From the NCBI GenBank assembly GCA_044070495.1, contig JBIPSI010000032.1, positions 1 to 60,252 of the forward strand: DNA of 60,252 bases, read 5' to 3'. Every line of letters begins with the position of its first letter. Positions within the stretch are counted from its first letter, which is position 1. Source of the DNA: Spirulina sp. (lineage in GTDB: Bacteria; Cyanobacteriota; Cyanobacteriia; Phormidesmidales; Phormidesmidaceae). Below, in pieces: positions 20,615 to 30,148 of this stretch. The position numbers and the translations under genes were made by a program. Below the pieces are notes generated by a model. It was not told the DNA's origin and ran no database searches. It was given only the letters and a program-made list of their open reading frames with translations.

Positions 20615-21015
20615 GGCATTTTCTCCGGGCTTTACACTAGGCGCAGTGAGGGGAGATCGGGTCGAGACATTCCTTCTTAGCCCCGACTTCAACCGCAAAC
20701 GGGAAGATCGGCCCACTCAATTATAGGTGGCCTTTAAACAATCGCGACATCTTTAAGGCGTGTTTTTCTAGCCAGGCTGGTCAAGACCGTTTTAAGGATC
20801 TTACAACCAAGTCATAAAAGCCCTGAACCCAGCATCAATTATGGTGCTTCATTTCGGTTTTGTCGTGTTTCTGTTATGTCAAATTTCATAAAATCCTAAT
20901 TTTAACTTCCCACAATGCCTCCAGTAAATATCTTACTTTTCAGTCTTGAGACTAGTTTAAATAATCGATTAACCTATTCTTAGGATGAATTCAAAATGAG
21001 TCTAGGCCCATTTTA

Positions 21016-21167
21016 GAGGATGTTTGAAAAGTCCTGTTGCTTGTCGCAACGGTGGCGATCCCCCTAAATCCCCCTTGGAAAGGGGGACTTTTACCCCCCT
21101 TTCCAAGGGGGGCAGGGGGGATCGGCGGGTGACTAAAGCTACAGGGGATCCCTTTTCAAACGCCCTC
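21016..21167. mobile_element. MITE with 16-bp TIRs and TTA target duplication
   Basis: gaggatgtttgaaaag / cttttcaaacgccctc (14/16 match), TTA at 21013-15 and 21168-70, internal REP-like palindrome. Confidence 0.8.
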
Positions 21168-21351
21168 TTAGTAGCGCCCTCTGCCATTAAGACAGCGAAT
21201 TAAATTCGATGGATAAGGGATAAGGCCCTGCCATTCTGGCCAAGCAGTTCCCACGGGGGTCTTCCCTTGTCATCCGGCAGGTCGTTTCAGATGGCGCTTA
21301 GGCTAGTCGAATTCGTTTCCTTCCTTCGTCGGTCTATATCTATGGGTGCTA

Positions 21352-21669
21352 ATGATGTCCAACTTTTTTGAGCCGGTGGCGGTTAACATTTCATCTCAGA
21401 GAACGTCCCAGTCCTTCGATCAAGATCGGTTTCATGAGATCGCCACCTATCTTCGCCAGGTGCGGCTAACGCAGGGCTGGAGTATTACTGATATGGCTCA
21501 GCGGAGTTCCCTCGCCCCCTTTCTCATCCAGATCATTGAGCGCGGAGACTTCCAAGATTTACCAGAGACCTTGCCCAGCGGTGTTTGTATTCAGCGCTAT
21601 GCCGACGCCCTAGGGCTGAAGGGGTCTGAGGTAGCCAGTGGGCTATCGCGGCGGGCCAGTGCGCGGTAG
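21352..21669 (+). CDS. XRE/RodZ-like helix-turn-helix protein
   Basis: 'LRQVRLTQGWSITDMA..IERGDFQDLP..IQRYADALGL'. Confidence 0.75.
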   Translation: MMSNFFEPVAVNISSQRTSQSFDQDRFHEIATYLRQVRLTQGWSITDMAQRSSLAPFLIQIIERGDFQDLPETLPSGVCIQRYADALGLKGSEVASGLSRRASAR

Positions 21670-21763
21670 GGGACGGGTGGGCCAAGGGCCATCGAGAACA
21701 CTGCGCGAACCCACGCAACAGGGTAAGATCTGACCTTGGTTGAGCAACTGAGAGGACAGACCC

Positions 21764-23125
21764 CTGAAAACCCGCATCATTATCGTCCGCCACGGGCAAA
21801 GCACCTATAACCAGCTCAAGCGCATCCAAGGCCACTGCGACGAATCGGCCCTGACGCCCAAGGGGGAAGCCCAGGCGCTTCAGGTGGCCCAGGCCTTGGG
21901 GGGGATTCCCTTTGATGCGGTGTGGTGTAGCCCTCTCCAGCGGGCACGAAAAACCGCTGAAATTATCACCGCTGAGCTACAAAAGAGTTTGCCCAGTCTG
22001 TCCAGCCCGCAAACCACCGACGATCTGAAGGAAATCAGCCTGCCCCTGTGGGAGGGGATGCCCTTCACCGAGGCTGAGGCTCAGTTCCCGGAAACCTTCC
22101 GCCAGTGGCGTACCGATCCGGCCAACTTTGTCATGGCCCTGCCCACGGCAGACGGCGGCACCGAGGACTTTTATCCCGTGCGATCCCTCTACCAGCAAGC
22201 CGCTCGGTTTTGGCAAGCTTTGCTAGATGCGCACGAAGGGCAAACCGTTTTGGTCGTGGCCCATAGCGCCATCAACCGCGCCCTGGTGAGTACGGCCATT
22301 GGCCTGGGGCCAGATCACTTCAACCAGCTCAGCCAAGCCAACTGCAATATCAGTGTGCTCAACTTTGAGGGCGGCTGGAACGGCCCGGTGCAGGTGGAGG
22401 CCATGAACCTAACCAGCCACATGGGCAGTCCGCTGCCGGAGATGCGGAAGGGCCACCGGGGGCCGAGGCTGCTGCTGGTGCGCCACGGCGAAACGGAATG
22501 GAACCGCAATGGACAGTTCCAGGGCCAGATTGATGTGCCCCTCAACGACAATGGCCGCGCCCAGGGCCAAAAGGCGGCGGAATTTCTTAAATCTATCCAA
22601 ATCGACGCGGCCTATACCAGTTTTATGGCCCGACCCAAGGAAACCGCTGAAATTATCCTTCAGCATCATCCTGGCCTGGAATTGCACAGCGTCACCGACC
22701 TGCAAGAAATTAGCCACGGCGAATGGGAAGGGCTGTACGAGGCCGACATTGAAACCAACTATCCCGGAATGCTGCACCAGTGGCAAACCGCCCCAGAAAC
22801 CGTGCAGATGCCGGGGGGCGAAAACCTCCAGCAGGTGTGGCATCGAGCGATTTTGGCCTGGAAGCAAATTGTGGCGGCCCACAGCGGCAGCGATGAGGTA
22901 CAGACCGTTTTGGTGGTGGCCCACGATGCCGTCAACAAAGCGCTACTCTGCCACCTGGTTGGCCTTGGCCCAGAGTCTTTCTGGCGATTTAAGCAGGGCA
23001 ACGGGGCCGTTAGCGTGATTGACTATCCCAACGGCATCGACAGCCCCCCCGTCCTCAACGCCGCCAACATCACCATTCACCTATCGGGTAGCGTGCTGGA
23101 TAAAACGGCAGCGGGGGCGTTGTAA
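21764..23125 (+). CDS. Two-domain histidine phosphatase (phosphoglycerate mutase-like) family protein, probable CTG start
   Basis: The frame extends upstream of 21884 to CTG-AAA-ACC (L/M-KTRIIIVRHGQS); second RHGETEWN domain; SD gagga upstream. Confidence 0.85.
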   Translation: MKTRIIIVRHGQSTYNQLKRIQGHCDESALTPKGEAQALQVAQALGGIPFDAVWCSPLQRARKTAEIITAELQKSLPSLSSPQTTDDLKEISLPLWEGMPFTEAEAQFPETFRQWRTDPANFVMALPTADGGTEDFYPVRSLYQQAARFWQALLDAHEGQTVLVVAHSAINRALVSTAIGLGPDHFNQLSQANCNISVLNFEGGWNGPVQVEAMNLTSHMGSPLPEMRKGHRGPRLLLVRHGETEWNRNGQFQGQIDVPLNDNGRAQGQKAAEFLKSIQIDAAYTSFMARPKETAEIILQHHPGLELHSVTDLQEISHGEWEGLYEADIETNYPGMLHQWQTAPETVQMPGGENLQQVWHRAILAWKQIVAAHSGSDEVQTVLVVAHDAVNKALLCHLVGLGPESFWRFKQGNGAVSVIDYPNGIDSPPVLNAANITIHLSGSVLDKTAAGAL

Positions 23126-23127
23126 CC

Positions 23128-24420
23128 GTGACCAGCGAGGCAGATCAAGGCCAAATCCAGCTAATCCAACAGGTGCGGGTGCTGGATGCCGTCACCCAAA
23201 TGGATCAAGTCAACGACGTGCTGGTTCAGGGAGGGCACATCCAGGCCATCGCCAACCCCATCACCGACTGGCCCGCCGAAGCCGAGGTGATTTCGGGCCA
23301 GAGTAAGGTGCTGATTCCGGGTTTGGTGGATCTCTACAGCCACTCCGGGGAACCGGGCCACGAAGACCGGGAAACCCTGGCCTCCCTGCTGCGGGCTGGA
23401 CGGGCCGGGGGCTTTACCCGTTTGGGGGTGCTGCCCACCACGGAACCCGCCGTGGACAATCCGGCCATGGTGGAGAAACTCCTCCATCAGCGCCAAGCCC
23501 TCGCCGCCGCTGAGCCGAACCTGCCCCACCTGTATCCCTGGGGTGCCCTCACCCAATCAGCCCAGGGGCAACAGATGACGGAACTGGCGGAACTGGCCCA
23601 AACCCCCATTGTGGGCTTTGCCGATGGCCGTGCGCTGCAAAATCCCCTACTCACCCAGCGCTTGCTGGAATACCTCAAACCCCTCAACCGTCCCGTGGCC
23701 CTGTGGCCCTGCGATACCAGTCTGCGCGGCAGTGGTGTGGCGCGATCTGGCCCCTCTGCCCTGATCTACGGGTTCGTGGACGATCCCGTTCTCTCGGAAA
23801 CCGCCGCCCTCGCCGCTCTGCTGGAAACCATCGCCGCCGTGGGCACCCCCGTCCACATCATGCGACTCTCTACCGCACGGGGGGTTGAGCTAGTGCGGCG
23901 GGCCAAGGCCGAAGGATTGCCCATCACCGCCAGCGTCTCTTGGATGCACCTGCGGTTTAACAGCCGCAACCTCGATAGCTACGACCCCAACCTGCGCCTC
24001 GCCCCACCCCTGGGTAACCCGGAGGATCAAGTCGCCCTGATGACCGGGGTGAAAAACGGCACCATCGACGCCATCGCCATCGACCACCGACCCCACACCT
24101 ACGAAGACAAAACCGTGGGATTCCCTGCCGCACCACCGGGGGCCATCGGCCTAGATCTGGCCTGGAGCGTGTTGTGGGATGGCTTTGTGCAAACCAGCCT
24201 ATGGGAACCCCTCACCCTCGTCCAAGCCCTCAGCACCAACCCCGCCCGCATCTGGGGCCAAACGCCCCCCACTATAGCCCCCCAGCAGCCCGCCGAAATG
24301 TCCCTATTCGACCCCGCCCAATCCTGGACGGTGACGCCCGACAGCCTAGAATCCCTCTCCGCCAATACTCCCTGGCTGGGCCAAACCCTCAAAGGTCGAG
24401 TGCTTCGCACCTGGGTTTAA
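23128..24420 (+). CDS. pyrC: Dihydroorotase-like protein (probably PyrC'-type)
   Basis: 'PGLVDLYSHSGEPG..ETL', 'AGGFT', 'PPLG', 'IDAIAIDH', 'NTPWLGQTLKGRV'. Confidence 0.8.
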   Translation: MTSEADQGQIQLIQQVRVLDAVTQMDQVNDVLVQGGHIQAIANPITDWPAEAEVISGQSKVLIPGLVDLYSHSGEPGHEDRETLASLLRAGRAGGFTRLGVLPTTEPAVDNPAMVEKLLHQRQALAAAEPNLPHLYPWGALTQSAQGQQMTELAELAQTPIVGFADGRALQNPLLTQRLLEYLKPLNRPVALWPCDTSLRGSGVARSGPSALIYGFVDDPVLSETAALAALLETIAAVGTPVHIMRLSTARGVELVRRAKAEGLPITASVSWMHLRFNSRNLDSYDPNLRLAPPLGNPEDQVALMTGVKNGTIDAIAIDHRPHTYEDKTVGFPAAPPGAIGLDLAWSVLWDGFVQTSLWEPLTLVQALSTNPARIWGQTPPTIAPQQPAEMSLFDPAQSWTVTPDSLESLSANTPWLGQTLKGRVLRTWV

Positions 24421-24441
24421 GGAATGGGCGTTTAAGGAGCG

Positions 24442-25332
24442 TTACACCGCCCCTAAGCCCAGCACCCAATCGCGCAGTAGGCTATTCACCTGGTCGGGCA
24501 CTTCGTCGTGGGGGCAGTGGCCCGCTTGCAGGTAGTGCTCTGTCAGGCTGGGATAGTATTGGCGGAATTTGGCTCCCTTGGCGCGGCAGTTCATCCAGGG
24601 GTCGCCCTCGCCCCACAGCATCAGCAGGGGGCAGGTCATCTTTTGTAGCAGTTCGTCCACCTTTTCGCCCTGGCGGGATTTGAACACCGAGGCGAACACC
24701 TGGGCGGCACCGGGGTCGCAGGAGGGGCGGCGGATGTCTGCCACCAGTTCGTCGGTGATGGCGGATTTGTCTACATAGACCTGGTTGAGGGTGCGGCGAA
24801 TCACCGAGGGCTGGCGCACGTACTGAAACAACAGCCAACTGGGCAACGGTTGCAGCATCACCGATTGGATCAGCTTGGCCACGGGGTTCGGTTTGGCGGC
24901 GGGGGCTGCATCCGAAAACGGCCCCGCACTGTTCAGCAACACCAGACCAGCGGCGGATTCGGGATGGTTCGCCGCCACGCAAAGGGACGCATAGCCCCCC
25001 AGGGAGTTGCCCGCCAGGATGGCCGGACGACCGATTTTTTCTTGAATAAACTCGTGCAGTTGGGCCTGCCACAGACTGCCGCTATACTCTCCGTTGGGTT
25101 TGGCCGAGCGACCAAACCCCATCAGGTCGATGGCCCACACCTCAAAGTCGGATTGCAGACCCCGGATATTTTTGTGCCAGTGGTCGGTGGAAGCCCCAAA
25201 GCCATGCACCAACAGCAGCGGCGGACGGCTGGGGTGTGGTTCACCTGCCACAACGTAGTGAATGGCTTGGTCTCGCCACATCCAATACTGACTGGGGGTG
25301 CGGTGGGTGGTGGTGGGGAGGGTGGCGGTCAT
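24442..25332 (-). CDS. Alpha/beta hydrolase
   Basis: 'LLVHGFGAS', GNSLG nucleophile elbow, 'WGEGDPW', 'GHCPHDE'. Confidence 0.9.
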   Translation of the reverse strand: MTATLPTTTHRTPSQYWMWRDQAIHYVVAGEPHPSRPPLLLVHGFGASTDHWHKNIRGLQSDFEVWAIDLMGFGRSAKPNGEYSGSLWQAQLHEFIQEKIGRPAILAGNSLGGYASLCVAANHPESAAGLVLLNSAGPFSDAAPAAKPNPVAKLIQSVMLQPLPSWLLFQYVRQPSVIRRTLNQVYVDKSAITDELVADIRRPSCDPGAAQVFASVFKSRQGEKVDELLQKMTCPLLMLWGEGDPWMNCRAKGAKFRQYYPSLTEHYLQAGHCPHDEVPDQVNSLLRDWVLGLGAV

Positions 25333-25497
25333 GGCGGGGATCACTCAGGGATTTACAGAATTTACAGAGTGGTACTGTGCAGCGATTTTACAAAACTTAA
25401 TCTAAATGGTAGCGAATCTGGGGCACCATCGCCGCCCAGGTGACAAACCGACCAATCCGGGGCATTGTGGCATTGAAATAGGTGGAGTTCAGAGGCT

Positions 25498-26973
25498 ATG
25501 GCAGCGCTATCTCGTCCTCGTTCGGCCCAAAAGGGGCGGCAGTTTTCTAAGTATGATGCGCGGCGGGCGGGGGCGCGTTGGTTTGAGCGGCTGATGGCGG
25601 GAATAGCCCTCGTAAACCTTGGCTTGGTGGCCCTCGACCTCAGCTACATCCCCATGCGGGATCTCTACCTGCGTTTTTTGCCCCAGATCACGGTCTGGTA
25701 TGGCGAAACCTTTAAGGGCATTGAACCGCACCGCTTCACCACCCACTACCTAGAAACCGTGGAGCGTCTAGAACAGCAGGTGGCCCTGACAGGGTTGACC
25801 TCCCCCGCAGCCCAGGAGATTTTGGCCGAGTTGCAGCAGCAGAGTGCGGCGATGGTGGCGGAAAATCCCTTCCAGTTGGCCAACCGTTCTGGCAACCTTG
25901 AGCAGATTAAGAACCACCTGCGGGATCGCATGGAACTAGACTCGGCCACCGAGGCGTTTACCGCCTTTTGGAGCGACGAACACCTGCGTTCGGCGGGGTT
26001 TCCCCAGGAAATCGCCTTTTTCAATGATGATGTGCGGCCTCTGATTGAAACGAATTTCTTCCGCAATCTGGCGGTGCATGGCGGCTTTGAGGATCTGTTT
26101 TGGCGCATTGATATGTGGTTCAACATCCTCTTTGCCGTGGAGCTGCTGGCCCGCAGTTTCTACCTAGGGCGGCGCTACAAAAACTTCACCTGGCGCGATG
26201 CCATTCTCTGGCGCTGGTACGATCTGCTGCTGATTGTGCCCTTCAGCGCCCTGCGAATGCCCTGGCTGGCCCTGTCCCGCGTCATTCCGGTGATCATCCG
26301 CATCAACCAGTCCAACCTGATTGACCTCGAACCCGCACAGCAGCGCATCAGCCGCTTTGCCATTAGCCATGTGGCCGTTGAAATTACGGAAATTGTGGTG
26401 CTACGCATCATCGACCAAATGCAAGCCCTGATTCGGGATGGCAGCTTGTCTCAAATCGTACTGCGGGATCCGGGCAGCCGGCGCTACATCGACATTAGCG
26501 GCGTCAACGACCTAGAGGTGCTGGCCCAGCGCTTGGCTACCCTCACCGTCTACAGCGTACTGCCCCACATCAAGCCCGAATTCGACGAATTGCTCCACCA
26601 CACCGTTACCACCGCCTTCGACCAAGCCCCTGGATACCAAAGCTTTCGCCAACTTCCTGGCCTCGGCAACCTGCCCGACCAAATCGCCCAGCGCATCGTC
26701 GCGCAACTGTCCACCAATGCCTACGCCGTTGTGAAGGGTAGCCTGGAAAACAAAGAAGGCGTGGCCCTCACCCAAGCCCTCGTCACTAAGTTCACGGAGA
26801 CCTTCCGGCAACAGCTCCAGGAGGAGGAAAACATTACCGAACTGGAAACCCTCCTGGTGGACTTCCTCGAAGAAGTGAAACTCAACTACGTGAAACGGCT
26901 GGCCTCCGAGGACGTGGATCGCCTGATTGAGGAGCGCTACCAGATCTACAACGTTACCCAAACCGACGCCTAA
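25498..26973 (+). CDS. Hypothetical membrane protein
   Basis: 491-aa ORF with TM segments and host-like codon usage. Confidence 0.7.
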   Translation: MAALSRPRSAQKGRQFSKYDARRAGARWFERLMAGIALVNLGLVALDLSYIPMRDLYLRFLPQITVWYGETFKGIEPHRFTTHYLETVERLEQQVALTGLTSPAAQEILAELQQQSAAMVAENPFQLANRSGNLEQIKNHLRDRMELDSATEAFTAFWSDEHLRSAGFPQEIAFFNDDVRPLIETNFFRNLAVHGGFEDLFWRIDMWFNILFAVELLARSFYLGRRYKNFTWRDAILWRWYDLLLIVPFSALRMPWLALSRVIPVIIRINQSNLIDLEPAQQRISRFAISHVAVEITEIVVLRIIDQMQALIRDGSLSQIVLRDPGSRRYIDISGVNDLEVLAQRLATLTVYSVLPHIKPEFDELLHHTVTTAFDQAPGYQSFRQLPGLGNLPDQIAQRIVAQLSTNAYAVVKGSLENKEGVALTQALVTKFTETFRQQLQEEENITELETLLVDFLEEVKLNYVKRLASEDVDRLIEERYQIYNVTQTDA

Positions 26974-27225
26974 TCCATTGCCCTGTCTGCCTAACACAAC
27001 CCCGAAAAGCATTGTGTCAGACAGACAGGCTCTACCCGCCCTTCGATCAGAGCCGTATTGCCATAGCCCTCGTACCAAAGCCGACTTGCTTCCCCCCGAT
27101 AAGGAGACCTCGCCCTTCTCTAATCTGCCCACCCCTTTGGGTTTCAGGAATTTGATCTAGGGTTCCTTTCTTAGTAGGATGCAATGATGCGAGTTCATAG
27201 ACAAACCCTTTAATCCTGAGACACC

Positions 27226-27954
27226 GTGCGAAAAATTATTCTTGCTGGCAACTGGAAAATGTACAAAACCCAGGCGGAAACCCTGGAGTTTCTGAAGCAA
27301 TTTTTAGGGCAGCTCAACGAAACCCCTGAGGATCGCAGCGTGGTGCTGTGTGCACCCTTCACCGCCCTCAGCGCCCTATCCAAGAGCCTGCACGGAGCCA
27401 GAATTAAGGTGGGTGCCCAGAATATCCACTGGGAAGACGAGGGAGCCTATACCGGGGAAATTTCCGGCGATATGCTGCGGGAACTGGGGGTGCGCTACGT
27501 GATCGTGGGCCACAGCGAACGCCGTCAATACTTTGGCGAAACCGACGAAACCGTCAACCTACGGCTGAAGCAGGCCCAAAAATGCGGCCTCATCCCCATC
27601 CTCTGCGTGGGCGAAACCAAGCAGCAGCGGGATGCGGGCGAAACCGAAGCCGTGATTGCCGCCCAGATTGAGAAAGATTTGGTCAATGTCGATCAAACCA
27701 ACCTAGTGATTGCCTACGAACCGATCTGGGCCATCGGCACCGGGGACACCTGCGAGGCCGAAGAAGCCAACCGCGTCATCGGCGCAATCCGCAAATTGCT
27801 GACCAACCCCAACGTCACCATCCAGTACGGCGGCTCCGTCAAACCGGGCAACGTAGACGAACTGATGGCCCAACCCGAAATCGACGGTGCCCTCGTCGGT
27901 GGGGCCAGCCTAGAACCCGACAGCTTCGCCCGCATCGTCAACTTCCAGCCCTAG
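27226..27954 (+). CDS. tpiA: Triosephosphate isomerase
   Basis: [35 protein letters not shown]. Confidence 0.98.
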   Translation: MRKIILAGNWKMYKTQAETLEFLKQFLGQLNETPEDRSVVLCAPFTALSALSKSLHGARIKVGAQNIHWEDEGAYTGEISGDMLRELGVRYVIVGHSERRQYFGETDETVNLRLKQAQKCGLIPILCVGETKQQRDAGETEAVIAAQIEKDLVNVDQTNLVIAYEPIWAIGTGDTCEAEEANRVIGAIRKLLTNPNVTIQYGGSVKPGNVDELMAQPEIDGALVGGASLEPDSFARIVNFQP

Positions 27955-27980
27955 CCTAGATCGGTCGCCATATCCCCCAA

Positions 27981-28003
27981 GGGCGAGGAGACCTCGCCCC
28001 TAC
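27981..28003. repeat. REP-like palindrome
   Basis: gggcgaggagacctcgcccctac; identical copy at 39458-39480. Confidence 0.75.
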
Positions 28004-28026
28004 CCCACAATCGTACTGTGCCTGAT

Positions 28027-28461
28027 CTACCGCACCAGCAGCGTCACCCCTGCCATCAACAGCCCTAACCCCAGGGCTTTGGTCAAATCCATAGGCCGCA
28101 CCATGGCCCCAAATAGGCCGTAGTGGTCGATGATGGCCCCCGCCACAAACTGGGTGGCCACCATCACCGTAAACCCCGCCGCCACCCCCAGCCGGGGCAC
28201 CACATAGCCAATCGCCCCAATAATCACCAGCCCCATCAGGCCAGAGGTGAGGGCATACCAGGGCACCGTGTTCCAAGCCTTGAGGTTACCCCCCTGGGCG
28301 ACCAGCATCGCCATGGCCACAATCACCGCCCCGCCAGAATAGGTAATAAACACACTCTCCAGCGGCCCCATCGCCACCGATAGCAGCCCCATAAACTGCC
28401 CTTGCAGCGCCGTGGCAATGCCGCCCATCATGGCCAGAACAATTACAAACAGGTTTGCCAT
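28027..28461 (-). CDS. DMT-superfamily (YdcZ/DUF606-like) membrane protein
   Basis: 'ALQG', 'VPWYALTSG', 'VPRLGVA', 'IIDHYGLFG'. Confidence 0.8.
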   Translation of the reverse strand: MANLFVIVLAMMGGIATALQGQFMGLLSVAMGPLESVFITYSGGAVIVAMAMLVAQGGNLKAWNTVPWYALTSGLMGLVIIGAIGYVVPRLGVAAGFTVMVATQFVAGAIIDHYGLFGAMVRPMDLTKALGLGLLMAGVTLLVR

Positions 28462-28553
28462 AGGAGATGTCTATTCAAGGGTGGGGTCAACGTCTATTTA
28501 ACTTACCCTTAAAGGCGAATGCTCCGCCGCAAATTTGCGCGTGTCGCTTTGGT

Positions 28554-29006
28554 CTATTCCCAGTCCACCCGATCAATGTGCTCGATATAGTCTAAATTCG
28601 CCAGTTCCATCAGCACCAGAACCGCATTGGGCTGGTGGGTATTGCCAATTGCTAGCACCTGATCCGCCGTACAGCCAATCCGGCCCGGACTGTCGGGATA
28701 CAGCGTCACAGACGGATCGATAGCCTGCACGGTTTCTAGAACAGCAGGCTCCCCAGGCAGGCAAAACTCGTAATCTAAGGATCGCTTGCCGTCCGGTGGC
28801 CCATAAAGCCCGTTTTCGTCAAGCTGTTCTAGGTCAAAGGTAATTTTGTCGAGGGTCATCGGTGAGTCAGTCTCGGTAACGGGTTGGCAGGCTAAGGTTA
28901 GCAGACCAACCAGCCCCAACCCAGCCCAGCGTCCACCCTGCCGCAACAAACAAAACGCCATCCGCCCACTCCCAAAAGTCAACAATTCAGCCATCTTTAC
29001 GACCAT
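28554..29006 (-). CDS. Hypothetical lipoprotein
   Basis: Lipobox-like LTLAC; ATG overlaps the upstream stop (TGATG); start uncertain. Confidence 0.6.
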   Translation of the reverse strand: MVVKMAELLTFGSGRMAFCLLRQGGRWAGLGLVGLLTLACQPVTETDSPMTLDKITFDLEQLDENGLYGPPDGKRSLDYEFCLPGEPAVLETVQAIDPSVTLYPDSPGRIGCTADQVLAIGNTHQPNAVLVLMELANLDYIEHIDRVDWE

Positions 29007-29233
29007 CACCGCTGGGTTTTACGCTTCGCCGGAGCCAGCCTCAGCAGCGCTAGCCCCACTGCCGCTGCCACCATGCCCCCCGCTGCCCCAAAGGCCAGCA
29101 GCACCCCAAAGGGAATTTCGATGGATTGCAGCGTCAACAGCCGAATCGAAACCGGGGTCGCGTTTTGCACGGCCACAATCGCTATTGCCGCCACCCAAAG
29201 GGCCGGAATGATTGCCAATAACGGTCTTGCCAT
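29006..29233 (-). CDS. LapA/DUF1049-like small membrane protein
   Basis: 'AVQNATPVSIRLL..IEIPFGVLL'. Confidence 0.75.
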   Translation of the reverse strand: MARPLLAIIPALWVAAIAIVAVQNATPVSIRLLTLQSIEIPFGVLLAFGAAGGMVAAAVGLALLRLAPAKRKTQR

Positions 29234-29332
29234 AGAAAATTACCCAGAATCAGGACGGATCTAAAAAAGTAGGGGTTGCCAGGGGGGTGTCTCTTTGAGT
29301 AGTATAGTCAACTGGGCTATACGAGAAAGATC

Positions 29333-29791
29333 ATGGCAAAACGGGTACAGGTAGTTCTTACCGAAGACATTCGCAAACTGGGTCAGAACGGTGACCTCGT
29401 GGACGTGGCACCGGGTTACGCACGCAATTATCTCCTGCCAAATGGCAAAGCCGTCCGCACCACCCCCGGCGTGCTCAAGCAGGTGGAGCGCCGCCGTGAG
29501 GCCGAGCGTCAGCGCCAGCTCGAAATTAAGCAAGAGGCCGAGGCAACTAAAACCGCCCTGGCCACCATTGGCATGTTCACCATCCAAAAACCCGTGGGCG
29601 AAAACGACGCCATCTTTGGTACCGTCACCTCCAGCGATGTGGCCGATGTGATCAAGTCTCTATCTGGTAAGGACGTAGATCGCCGCGACATCACTGTGCC
29701 CGACATCAACAAACTGGGTGAGTATGAGGCCCAAATCAAACTTCATGCCGAAGTGACCGCTACGGTCAATCTGCGTATCATCGCAGAGTAA
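29333..29791 (+). CDS. rplI: 50S ribosomal protein L9
   Basis: '[21 protein letters not shown]', 'IFGTVT', 'KLHAEV'. Confidence 0.98.
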   Translation: MAKRVQVVLTEDIRKLGQNGDLVDVAPGYARNYLLPNGKAVRTTPGVLKQVERRREAERQRQLEIKQEAEATKTALATIGMFTIQKPVGENDAIFGTVTSSDVADVIKSLSGKDVDRRDITVPDINKLGEYEAQIKLHAEVTATVNLRIIAE

Positions 29792-29814
29792 CCTGCTTCG
29801 GGCCACGATTTGGA

Positions 29815-29844
29815 TAACCCTGGCTTTGTGCTGGGGTTATTTTT
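29815..29844 (+). terminator. Intrinsic terminator after rplI
   Basis: ataaccctggc-tttgt-gctggggttat followed by a T tract. Confidence 0.7.
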
Positions 29845-29856
29845 AGGACAACAAAA

Positions 29857-29872
29857 TAGTACAATTATACTA
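29857..29872. promoter_or_regulatory. Putative cyanobacterial LexA box upstream of dnaB
   Basis: TAGTACAATTATACTA; one mismatch to RGTACNNNDGTWCB. Confidence 0.5.
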
Positions 29873-30148
29873 AATTAAATTGTCGGGATCCGTCTTGCCC
29901 TGTCTTTTTTGCCCCCAGTCATGTTTATCGTCGTCCGTGCCTAAACCGTCCATTGCCCAGGCTTCTACAATTCCACAGATTGCGATTCCACGGTTTACGA
30001 TTCCACGGTTGTGGAACTTCATCATTTCCTACAGGTAGCCCTTTTCCCTAGGCCATCGCCCAGGCCCACCGACGGAATCCGCCCCAAAATCCTAGGGCTT
30101 GATACACTAAGGCTCTAAACATTGGCCCCCTGCCGCCCCGGACTTGCC

